This document shows positions 1-9,524 of a stretch of 32,000 bases of DNA, piece by piece (within the stretch, counting starts at the first letter, position 1; each line of letters opens with the position of its first letter). The notes beneath the pieces are model-generated. The model was not told the origin of the DNA. It did no database searches and worked only from the letters and a program-made list of their open reading frames with translations. A program made the translations under genes and the position numbers. The stretch lies in contig NC_010503.1 in the NCBI RefSeq assembly GCF_000019345.1, forward strand, positions 150,001 through 182,000. Reading direction: 5' to 3'. Origin of the DNA: Ureaplasma parvum serovar 3 str. ATCC 27815 (GTDB lineage: Bacteria; Bacillota_I; Bacilli_A; Mycoplasmatales; Mycoplasmoidaceae).

Positions 1-86
1 GTTAAAGACTATAACGTTGATAGGTCGGATGTGTACGCACGGTGACGTGTTTAGCTAACCGATACTAATAATTCGAGGACTTATAT
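1..86 (+). rRNA. rrl: 23S rRNA, 3'-terminal fragment (gene continues upstream of the window)
   Basis: GTTGATAGGTCGGATGTGTACGCACGGTGACGTGTTTAGCTAACCGATACTAATAATTCGAGGACTTA matches, from memory, the conserved 3' end of bacterial 23S rRNA (E. coli ...GTTGATAGGCCGGGTGTGTAAGCGCAGCGATGCGTTGAGCTAACCGGTACTAATGAACCGTGAGGCTTAACCTT). The 3' boundary is approximate. Confidence 0.8.
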
Positions 87-150
87 AAGTTCTTAGTTAA
101 TTTTTAGAAGAATAGTTGATAATATTTAGTTTTCAGATGTCGATCATAAT

Positions 151-257
151 TGTGTAGTGATTATATCAGAGTGGAAATACCTGTTCCCATCCCGAACACA
201 GAAGTCAAGCACTCTAGAGCCGAAAATAGCGCAAGTAAAATAGGTCATCGCTACGCT
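151..257 (+). rRNA. rrf: 5S ribosomal RNA
   Basis: Contains the universal 5S motif CCTGTTCCCATCCCGAACACAGAAGTCAAGC. The terminal helix pairs GTGTAGTGA (152-160) with TCGCTACGC (248-256). Length is about 107 nt, about 65 nt after the 23S end. Ends are accurate to +/-2 nt. Confidence 0.9.
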
Positions 258-293
258 AAAACCAACCTTGAAATTTAAGAGGTTGGTTTTTTT
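258..293 (+). terminator. Rho-independent terminator of the rRNA operon
   Basis: Stem ACCAACCT (261-268) pairs with AGGTTGGT (280-287) and is followed by a T7 run, immediately after 5S. Confidence 0.8.
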
Positions 294-398
294 ATACTTA
301 AATAATATATTTTTTAATATATATCAGTCTAATTTAAATAAATTAGTATATAATCAAAATGTGACAATCATTTATGATTAAGGATTTTATATTTAAAT

Positions 399-869
399 AT
401 GTTAAAGTTAATTTGATGTCAAACATTGAATGGTGGTATATCAAAAAATAATAAATTACCATGATATATAAAAGAAGAATTAGATCATTTTTATAAAACA
501 ACAAAAAACCATAAAATTATAATGGGTAAAAACACTTTTGATTCATTAGATCAAAAACCATTAAATAATCGAACAAATATCATTTTTTCTTCAATTATGC
601 AAACACCAGAAGACGAATCGTATTTTGTGACAAATGATTTTCAACAAGTATTAAACGATGCTAAAAAAGAGGATATTTTTATTATTGGCGGCAAGGAATT
701 ATTTGATATTTTTTTAGCTTATGCAGATGTTTTAATTGTTTCTGTATTAAAAGATTATTATGATTGTGATCTATACATGAAAGTTGATTATAATAATTTT
801 AATTTAGATAAACAAGATGTTTATGATAATTTTATTGTTAATTATTATTCAAATAAGAAGGAAAAATAA
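399..869 (+). CDS. folA: Dihydrofolate reductase (156 aa; ORF-track fragment 522..869 extended upstream across two in-frame TGA codons)
   Basis: The N-terminus MLKLIWCQTLNGGISKNNKLPWYIKEELDHFYKTTKNHKIIMGKNTFDSL fits the DHFR signature (IWAQ..nG.IG..n.LPW....DL.hFk..T....iIMGrkTf.S), followed by FIIGG. There are in-frame TGAs at 414 and 462 and an upstream in-frame TAA at 351. The stop is TAA at 867-869. Confidence 0.85.
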
Positions 870-876
870 AAGATTT

Positions 877-1557
877 ATGACCAAAAAACTGATTGTTTTT
901 GATTTTGATGGTACAATTATGCACACGCATACAACTATGAGCCTATCTATTATTGGTGTTTTAGAATTTTATAATCATCATATACCAAGTTTAAAAGAAA
1001 TGAACGATCTGTTAGGTAATCTTTCTATGGTAAATATTTTTAAAAAGTATGCTAAACACGATCTTTTAAATATCGAAATTGAAATGATGATTTCTAAATA
1101 TTATGAAATATATGAATCTTCGCTTTTTATGATCCATAGTTATTTTTTTGATGGTATTTTAGACCTAATCAAAAAATTAAAATCACTTAATAATAATGTT
1201 AAATTAGCAATTTTATCAAATAAACGATCTTCTTTATTAGCAACAATGGTTGATTATTATAATTTACGACCTTATTTTGATTATATTTTTGGTGCTGAAG
1301 ATGTCGAACAAATGAAGCCAGATCCTAGTGGTTTACTAAAAATTATGAACAACTGTAATGTTGATCATAAAAATACTTTATTGATTGGTGATAGTATAGC
1401 TGATTTAAAAGCAGCTATAAATGCTAATTGTCATTTTATTTTAGTTAATTGAGAACCACAATATCAAAAGCACATGGAAACAATTATTAATTTAAAACCT
1501 CTTATTGTTAAAACAATTGATGAACTAGAAACACAAATTAACCACTTTTTATATTAA
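877..1557 (+). CDS. HAD-superfamily hydrolase, phosphoglycolate-phosphatase-like (226 aa)
   Basis: HAD motif I is at the N-terminus (MTKKLIVFDFDGTIMHT). Motif II is LAILSNK and motif III/IV is KPDPSGL...LLIGDSIADLKAA. The start is moved to ATG 877, because the track start at 817 overlaps folA. The ORF reads through TGA at 1450-1452 to TAA at 1555-1557. Confidence 0.75.
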
Positions 1558-1613
1558 TGAACAAAAATGGCACAAAAAAGACTAGTTTATTATATAATAT
1601 ATAAGTGCTAGTT

Positions 1614-1687
1614 GCAGATGTAGTTCAATGGTAGAACGCAACCTTGCCAAGGTCGAGACGCGAGTTCGATTCTCGTCATCTGCTCCA
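1614..1687 (+). tRNA. tRNA-Gly (anticodon GCC)
   Basis: Cloverleaf read by eye. Acceptor stem GCAGATG/CATCTGC, D arm GTTC-AATGGTA-GAAC, anticodon loop TTGCCAA, T arm GCGAG-TTCGATT-CTCGT, encoded CCA. There is one A-C mismatch in the anticodon stem. Confidence 0.9.
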
Positions 1688-1700
1688 TTAATAAATAAAA

Positions 1701-1730
1701 AAGCAATTCTATTATGAATTGCTTTTTTTA
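1701..1730. terminator. Bidirectional rho-independent terminator (tRNA-Gly on + strand, upp on - strand)
   Basis: Stem AAGCAATTC (1701-1709) pairs with GAATTGCTT (1716-1724). It is flanked by an A-run upstream and a T-run downstream, so each strand sees a hairpin followed by a U-tract. Confidence 0.75.
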
Positions 1731-1751
1731 TTCTTTACTTAATTATTAAAA

Positions 1752-2375
1752 TTATTTAGTACCGAAAATTCGATCACCAGCATCACCTAAACCAGGAGTG
1801 ATATATCCATTTTCATTTAATTTATCATCTAATGCTGCGATATAAACATCAACTTCAGGATGAACTTCTTGAACATATTTAAGACCTTCTGGAGCTGCAA
1901 CAATACATACAAATTTAATGGATTTTGGATTGTATTTTTTAATAATATTAACAGCTTCAACAACACTACCTCCTGTTGCTAACATTGGATCTAAAATAAT
2001 AACATCTGATTCAGAAATATTTTTAGGAAATTTTTTAAAATATTCTACTGGTTTTAGTGTTTGTTCATTACGATATAAACCGATATGACCGATTGTGGCT
2101 GTTGGAATTAAACTTTTAACACCATCAACCATTCCAATTCCAGCGCGCAAAATAGGTATTAAACAAATTTTATTTTTTAATTTATAACCTTTTGCAACCT
2201 TAACAACAGGAGTTTCAATTTCTATTTCATTTAACTCTAAATCTTTTGTTGCTTCATAAACCATCAATTGTGTAAGTTCTTCTAAATTTGTACGAAAAAC
2301 AGTAGAAACTGTTGAAACTTTTCGCATACGTGTTAGTTTATCTTTAATTAATGGGTGATTAATTATTTTATGCAT
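1752..2375 (-). CDS. upp: Uracil phosphoribosyltransferase (207 aa)
   Basis: Full-length ORF with typical UPRT motifs: HPLIKDKLTRMR at the N-terminus, the PRPP-binding loop VIILDPMLATGGS, and the C-terminal YITPGLGDAGDRIFGTK. Confidence 0.95.
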   Translation of the reverse strand: MHKIINHPLIKDKLTRMRKVSTVSTVFRTNLEELTQLMVYEATKDLELNEIEIETPVVKVAKGYKLKNKICLIPILRAGIGMVDGVKSLIPTATIGHIGLYRNEQTLKPVEYFKKFPKNISESDVIILDPMLATGGSVVEAVNIIKKYNPKSIKFVCIVAAPEGLKYVQEVHPEVDVYIAALDDKLNENGYITPGLGDAGDRIFGTK

Positions 2376-2466
2376 TTTTAACTCCTTAAATCATTTAACT
2401 TGTATATATAATTTTAATATTCGTTCTTAATTATAAAATTTATTATTATAAATAACTTAATAAAAT

Positions 2467-2495
2467 GAAAAAAACTAGCAAAATGCTAGTTTTAT
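2467..2495 (-). terminator. Rho-independent terminator downstream of the SRP RNA / tyrS unit
   Basis: The minus strand reads AAACTAGCA-TTT-TGCTAGTTT followed by T7 (the plus-strand A-run at 2468-2474). Confidence 0.7.
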
Positions 2496-2504
2496 TACAT
2501 TAAT

Positions 2505-2590
2505 ATATGTCATCACACATAAAAAGATATTGCTATTGCTGCTCCATCTCTGGCCTGACAAGGTTCGCTACTTAATATTGTAATGACATA
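2505..2590 (-). ncRNA. ffs: Signal recognition particle RNA (small 4.5S/scRNA-type)
   Basis: The minus strand reads ...GTCATTACAATATTAAGTAGCGAACCTTGTCAGGCCAGAGATGGAGCAGCAATAGCAATATCTTTTTATGTGTGATGAC.... TGTCAGGCC-AGAGA-TGGAGCAGC matches the conserved SRP domain IV (E. coli GUCAGGUCCGGAAGGAAGCAGC) capped by a GNRA tetraloop (GAGA). The 5' and 3' ends (ATATATGTCAT / ATGACATATAT) pair into the long closing helix. A TATAAT box lies at 2594-2599 (minus strand) and a terminator follows. Ends are approximate. Confidence 0.7.
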
Positions 2591-2619
2591 TATATTATAA
2601 ATAAAATTGATTAAATTTT

Positions 2620-3867
2620 TTAATCTTTATTTCATAAAATTAAAAAATAATTTCGTTTACCTTTTCTAATAATACTAAATTTTTGATTAATAGCATCTTG
2701 TTTCTTGACTAAAAAATTTTCATCATTTATTTTAATATCATTAATTAAAATTGATCCTGTATTTAAAAAATCTCGTGCTATACGGTTACTTGATGAAATA
2801 TTAGCTAAATTTAATAAATCAATTATTTTAATTTCATCTTTGTCTAATTTTGTTGCAGGTAAACTCTTAATTGCGATTTCTAATTCTTCTTGATTTAATG
2901 TACTAATACTACCATTAAATAGTACTTCGCTAATATGTAATGCTTGTTCATATTTTTGTTGTCCATGTATATCAACAACAACAGCTTTAGCCAATGCTTT
3001 TTGTGCAACTCGTAAAGCGGGATTATTTTTATGAGCTTGCATTATTTTTTTTATTTCTTCAACATCAATTAATGTTAAAAAATTAAGTAATTTTTCTACA
3101 TCAGCATCGCTTTGATTAATTAAAAACTGATACATTTCATAAACAGTTGATTTATTTTCGTCTAAATAAATAGCACCTTTTTCACTTTTACCAAATTTTT
3201 TACCTTCTGAATTTGTTAATAAATTAATTGTCAATCCACAAGCGATATTGTCATCACCTAAATTTTTTCGAATCATTTCAATTCCAGTTGTAATGTTACC
3301 CCATTGATCACTACCACCAGCTTGAATGGCTATGTTATCATTTTTATATAATTGTAAAAAATCATAACCTTGTAGCAAATTATAACTAAATTCTGTATAT
3401 GAAATACCAACAGATAAACGAGAATTAATAATTTCTTTTTCTAATAAATAATTAATGTTGATTAACTTTCCAACATCACGCAAAAAATCTAAAAAAGTCA
3501 TATTTTCATAAAAAACATAATTATTAATAACTTGAGAATTAGTAAATTTTTCAAGTTGAAATTTTATTTTTGCAATATTTTTTTCTAAAATTGTTTTATC
3601 TAATAAATTACGTTCAGCGGATTTACCACTTGGATCACCAATCATTCCTGTAGCACCACCAACAAGCGCTAATGTTTTAATGTTATATAAACGAAAGCGT
3701 TTTAATAACATTATCATAATATAATTACCTAAGTGTAAACTATCAGCTGAAGGATCAAAACCTACATAAATTCCTTTATTTTTCTCTAAAGCTTTTATTA
3801 ATTTTTCTTCATTAGTTATATTATTGATTAAGTTTCGTGCTTTTAAATCCTTAATTAAACTATGCAT
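2620..3867 (-). CDS. tyrS: Tyrosine--tRNA ligase (415 aa)
   Basis: Class I signatures are present: the HIGH-type motif (PSADSLHLGN) and KMSKS-type KFGKS, plus a C-terminal S4-like domain. The track ORF ends at TGA 2632-2634. Reading this as Trp adds WNKD before TAA at 2620-2622. Confidence 0.95.
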
Positions 3868-4005
3868 AGATCTATCTTTTCCTTAATTAATTACTTGATT
3901 TATAATTATATATTTTAATACTATATTACCTTTAAATCAAATTAAATTATTGATTTGTTTTATAATTAAATGTTAAATAGCTTTACTTAAATAAAGGATG
4001 GCTTT

Positions 4006-4908
4006 ATGAGAAATAAAAAAGAAAATGATAATGTTATTAATCCATTATCTAATCCAGATGAGAACAAAAAAATTAATATAAAAGACTTATCAAAAGATGA
4101 GCGTAAAGAACTTAAAAAACGAATTAAAGAAGTTGAAAAATTAAACAGAAATCACAAAGGTGACATTGATATGCCATCACGTGATCCAAATAATATTATT
4201 GAACTTCGTGATGTTAAAAAAATTTTCACAAATGGCTATTTAATTAATGAAACACTCAAAGGTGTTAATTTAGATATTCGTAAAGGTGAATTTGTAATTA
4301 TTTTAGGACCATCAGGTTCTGGTAAAACAACATTAATGAACATTATGTCGGGACTTGATCGTGCAACTGATGGTGATGTTCGTGTTTGTGATAAACAACT
4401 AATTAATATGAATCAAAATAAATTAACTGATTTTCGTAAAGAATATATTGGATTTGTTTTTCAACAATATGGATTATTACCAACACTATCTGTAGAGGAA
4501 AATGTAGAGATTGGTGCTGATTTACAAGTTGATAAAAAACGCCGTATTAAACCACAAGATGCATTAAAAGCAGTAGGGATGCTTGATTACGCAAAAAAAT
4601 TTCCACATGAATTATCTGGTGGTCAGCAACAACGAGTCTCAATAGCCCGTGCTTTAGCTAAAAATCCTATTATTTTATTTGGCGATGAACCAACTGGTGC
4701 TGTTGATGAAACAATGTCAAAAATTATTTTAAAAGAATTTGTAAAAGTTAACCAGGAATTAAAGACAACGGTAATTATTGTTACCCACAACCCAATTTTT
4801 GCTGAACTTGGAACTTTAGTTATTAAGGTTAAAGATGGTAATATTAATGAATTAATTCGTAATGATCATCCAAAATCAGTTGACGAATTAAAATGAGATG
4901 AACAATAA
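4006..4908 (+). CDS. ABC transporter ATP-binding protein (MacB/LolD/FtsE-like NBD) with a Lys/Glu-rich N-terminal extension of about 60 aa (300 aa)
   Basis: Walker A GPSGSGKTT, Q-loop, ABC signature LSGGQQQRVSIARAL, Walker B ILFGDEPTGAVD and an H-loop VTHN. An AAGGA RBS lies 7 nt before the ATG. The ORF reads through TGA at 4894-4896 to TAA at 4906-4908. Confidence 0.9.
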
Positions 4909-4924
4909 GAGGACTTAGATTTAA

Positions 4925-7438
4925 ATGAATTTAATATCAAAAATATCCCCCCAAAACCGAATCTTAAATCGCGCTCGATTGATTGCTGAAGAAGTTTTAA
5001 AAAAAGAAGAAGAATACGAACATTTTAGCGATCAAGAATTAATTAATAAATCTGATGATATTATTGAATATTTAGCAAATAATAACCCATTAGATGATAA
5101 ATTAGTAGAAGCATTATGCATTATTCGTGAAGTGATTTATCGAGTTCATAATAAAAGAGCTTTTAAAGTTCAAATTATTGGTGCAATTATTGTTTATTTT
5201 GGTGATTTTGCTGAAATGATGACTGGTGAGGGTAAAACATTAACTTTAGTTTTAGTTGCTTATTTAAATGCACTTTATAAAAAAGGTGTTCATATGGTAA
5301 CTGTTAACGAATATCTAGTTAAAGTTGGAGCAGAATTTGCAACACCTGTTTTAAATTTTTTAAATATGTCTGTTGGCCAAATTACAGCTAATATGAATGA
5401 GTATGAAAAACGAAATAATTATAATTGTGATATCACATATACAACTAATTCAGAATTAGGCTTTGATTATTTACGTGATAATATGGTAACTAATTATGCT
5501 AATAAAGTTCAACGGGGCTTATGATTTGCTATTGTTGATGAAGGTGATTCTGTTTTAATTGATGAAGCTCGGACTCCTTTAATCATTTCTGGTGAACCTC
5601 AAGAAGAAATTGGAAATTATGTTAAAGCTGATCGTTTTGTAAAAACATTATATCCACAAGATTTTACTTTAGATCCAGAATCACAATCAGTAGCATTAAC
5701 AGAAAGTGGCGTTGAAAAAGCACAAAAGTTTTTCAATACTAAAAATTATTATAATTTTGAAAATTCAGATATTATCCACAAAGTTACTAATGCTTTAAGA
5801 GCAAATTTTACTTTTTTTAATGGACGCGAATATATTGTTAAAAAAGATGATGATGGTGAGGATATAATTGCTTTAGTAGATCAATCTACTGGTAGAATTA
5901 TGGAAGGAAGAAGTTATAGCGCTGGATTACAACAAGCAATTCAAGCTAAAGAACAAATTAAAATTGAACCCGAAAATTTAACAGTTGCCACAATCACTTA
6001 TCAATCATTATTTCGTTTATATAAAAAATTAGCAGCAGTTTCAGGAACAGCTATTACTGAAGCAGAAGAATTTTTAAATATTTATAATATGGTTGTTGTT
6101 ACAATCCCAACAAATAAACCAATTAAAAGAATTGACCATCCTGATTATGTTTTTGATAATAAAAGAACAAAATGGAAATATGTAATTGCTGATGTTATTC
6201 GTCGTCATGAAAATGGCCAACCAATTTTAATTGGAACTGCTAGTGTTGAAGATTCAGAAATTTTACATCAATTACTAGAACGAGTCAATATTCCTCACGA
6301 AGTTTTAAATGCTAAAAATCACGCACGCGAAGCTGAAATTATTGCTTGTGCAGGAGAGTATAAAGCAGTTACAATAGCAACAAATATGGCAGGCCGTGGG
6401 ACTGATATTAAATTATCTCCAGAATCATTAGAAGCTGGAGGATTATGTGTTATTGGAACCGAACGAAGTGATTCACGTAGAATTGATAATCAGTTAAGAG
6501 GACGTGCTGGACGACAAGGTGATATTGGCGAATCACGTTTTTTTATTTCAATGGAAGATACTTTATTTAGTCGTTTTGCAACCGATAATTTAGCAAAAGC
6601 TGATGATAAATTAAGTGAAGATGTTATTTCAACAAAATTCTTTACACGATTGCTAAATAATACACAAAAAAAAGTTGAGTCGTTAAACTATGACACAAGA
6701 AAAAATCTAATTGATTATGATCATGTTTTAAGTAATCAACGCGAATTAATTTACAAACAACGGGATAAAATTCTTATTTCATCAGATAATAAAGATATTT
6801 TATATCGAATGTTAGATAGTGTAATTGATGATTTAATTTATCAATCACACAATAAACCAAATGAAGACATTATTGACATAAAAAAATTAATTGATTTAGC
6901 AACTCAAAACATTTTTTATGACAATTATTTAAATCAGGACGAATATTATGGGCTTAAGTTTGAACAAATTAAAACTAAATTAAAAAAAGACTGTATTAAT
7001 TTTTTTGAGCAAAAAGAACAACTAATGACACCGACAATTTTTAATCAAATCTTATCAGAAATTATGATTAGTAATATTGATGAAGAATGAACTAAACATT
7101 TAGATATTACTTCTAAAATTCGTGAGGGAGTTAATTTACGTGCTTATGAACAAAAAGCACCATTAAATATTTATGTTGAAGACTCAGATAAATTATTTGA
7201 AAAATTAAAACATAATGTTGCTTGAAAAACAGTATGTTCAATAGGAAAAATAAATTATGTTCATCAAGATTATAGTGATTTAAATAGTGAATTTATTGTA
7301 AATGATAATGAAATTAATGAAAATAATAATTCAATTGATTTTGAAAATTTCAACGAATCAATACCAACTGATCAAACAATTCAAGAATCATTTGATGATA
7401 ATCAATCAGATAATGAAGATGATAAAAATAATAATTAA
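4925..7438 (+). CDS. secA: Preprotein translocase ATPase SecA (837 aa)
   Basis: Track fragments 4925..5524 and 5900..7090 are in the same frame and join across TGA codons. Motifs: [10 protein letters not shown] (Walker A), [33 protein letters not shown] (DEAD-like), [23 protein letters not shown]. The stop is TAA at 7436-7438. Confidence 0.95.
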
Positions 7439-7440
7439 CA

Positions 7441-9441
7441 ATGGATGATTTTAAAAAATTTGAATTAATAAGCGATTATAAACCAGCTGGTGACCAACAA
7501 AAGGCAATTGATGAAATGGTTAATAATATTAATCAAGGTATTCAACGACAAGTATTATTAGGGGCAACAGGAACAGGAAAAACATTTAGTGTGGCTAATG
7601 TAATTGCAAAAACCCAATTAAAGACTTTAGTTCTTGCTCATAATAAAACATTAGCTGCACAATTATTTGCTGAACTTAAAGAAATGTTTCCTCATAATAA
7701 AGTTGAATATTTTGTTTCATATTTTGATTATTATCAACCAGAAGCTTATAAACCTATAACTGATACTTATATTGAAAAAGATTCAGTAACAAATGCAGAA
7801 ATTGAGATGATGCGTTTATCAACTATTAATTCATTGGCTACAAGAAATGATGTCATTGTTGTTGCTTCTGTTGCATGTATTTATGCATCTGTTTCTCCTA
7901 TAGAATTTACTAAAAAGAATTTATATTTACATGTTGGTGAATTAATCGAATTTGAACAAATTAAATATAAATTAGTTCAATTAGGTTATGAACGAAAAGA
8001 TTATGATTTAGTGCCAGGAACATTTAGGATTCGTGGTGATTTAATTGAAATTATGTCTGGATATAGTGATAAATTTAAAATAAGAATATCAATGTTTGGA
8101 AATGAAGTTGAATCAATTGATCTTTGCGATCCAATTACTAATAATATTATTTCTAAAGAACAAAGGTTTATTTTACGAAGTGCAAGTGAATATATTTTTG
8201 ATGATTCGCGTTTAGCAATAGCGATTGAAAATATTAAAAATGAACTAGATGAACGAGTTAAATTTTTTCTAAAAAACAATCAATTAATTGAGGCGCAACG
8301 GATTGAGCAACGAACTAAACAAGATCTTGAAAGTATTGTAGAGTTTGGTTTTTGTAGTGGAGTTGAAAATTATTATCGTCATCTTGAACATCGTGAACCT
8401 TTTCAAACACCATGGACAATTTTTGATTTTTTTTCATATAACAATCAAGATTGATTATTAATTGTAGATGAATCACATATTTCATTACCACAAGTGAAAG
8501 GGATGCATAATACAGACCGTAGTCGTAAACAAACATTAGTTGAATACGGATTTCGTTTACCTAGCGCTTTAGATAATCGGCCTTTAAATTATGATGAATT
8601 TAATAAAAAACTTTCCAAAACGATTTATGTTTCTGCCACACCAAACGATGAAGAAATTGCGTTATCAGATAATCATATAGTTAGTCAAATTGTTCGTCCT
8701 ACAGGATTATTAGATCCAATTATTGAAATTAGAAAAACAGAACACCAAATTGATGATTTAATTAATGAATTGATGCTTTTAAAAAACAAGAATCAACGAG
8801 CATTTATTACTGTTATGACAATTAGAATGGCTGAGGATTTAACAAATTATTTAAATAATACAAAAATTAAAGCTGCTTATTTACATAATGAATTAAAAAC
8901 ACTAGAGCGTAGTGTTATTATCAATAAATTAAGAAAAGGAATTTATGATTGTGTTGTTGGAATTAATCTTTTAAGAGAAGGATTAGATGTTCCAGAAGTT
9001 GCAGGTGTTTTTATTTTTGATGCTGATAAACCTGGTTTTTTTAGAAGTGATAAATCTTTAATTCAAATTATTGGACGTGCAGCACGTAATGCTGATGGTA
9101 AAGTAATTATGTATGCTGATGTAATAACACAAGCCATGCAAACCGCAATCAATGAAACAAAACGACGACGTGAAATTCAATTAGCTTTTAATTTAAAACA
9201 TAATATTATCCCTAAAACAATTATTAAACCAATTCACGAAGATTTAAGTGGCCATGATTATAAACAAAATGCGGAATTATATGCTGCAAAAGCTTCAAAA
9301 AACGAGTACAATCAAAAAATCAAAGAATTAAAGAAAAAAATGGAAGAAGCTGCAAAAAAACGTGAATATGAAGTTGCTGCTCAATATCGCGATATGATTG
9401 TTGAATTAGAAGCCATTAAGCAAAGTGTAAAAAGCAAATAA
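7441..9441 (+). CDS. uvrB: Excinuclease ABC subunit B (666 aa)
   Basis: Fragments 7441..8454 and 8494..9441 are in frame and join via TGA at 8452-8454 (junction [14 protein letters not shown]). Motifs: [33 protein letters not shown], and a C-terminal UVR motif ([13 protein letters not shown]). The start lies 2 nt after the secA stop. Confidence 0.95.
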
Positions 9442-9524
9442 TAAATATATAATTATGTTTATTTTAATATTAGTTTTTTAATTAAAATTTATACTAATAA
9501 AGATTTAAAAAGGTTACTTTACGT

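Noticed and set aside
817-876. The track start at 817 for the HAD hydrolase overlaps the 3' end of folA by 53 nt.
   Set aside because: The extra 20 residues (MFMIILLLIIIQIRRKNKRF) are just the alternative-frame reading of the folA tail. The HAD motif I, DFDGT, normally lies within about 10 residues of the N-terminus, which fits ATG 877.
2705-2893. Short ORFs lie inside longer genes. Antisense: 2705..2893(+), 8001..8279(-), 8315..8536(-), 12926..13114(-), 23629..23826(+), 26470..26769(+), 30180..30377(-). Same strand but another frame: 20440..20661(-).
   Set aside because: Each lies entirely within a well-supported conserved gene (tyrS, uvrB, cysS, atpD, atpA, atpF, smc). Their compositions are low-complexity Phe/Leu/Ile/Ser-rich, as expected from reading AT-rich coding DNA in the wrong frame or on the wrong strand. 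None has an RBS.
3868-4005. A possible T-box or other leader upstream of tyrS, since tyrS is T-box regulated in many Firmicutes.
   Set aside because: The divergent intergenic region is only 138 nt and almost pure A/T. It has no specifier or antiterminator helices and no conserved T-box sequence (AGGGTGGNACCGCG-like). It is too short for a T-box.
7260-7438. The SecA C-terminus is an Asn/Asp-rich tail (..[34 protein letters not shown]) that lacks the usual Cys/His zinc-binding motif.
   Set aside because: My recollection is that loss or replacement of the C-terminal zinc-binding tail occurs in reduced-genome Firmicutes and Mollicutes that lack SecB. I could not verify this here. Low-complexity tails are typical of AT-rich genomes. 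It is not distinctive enough to flag.
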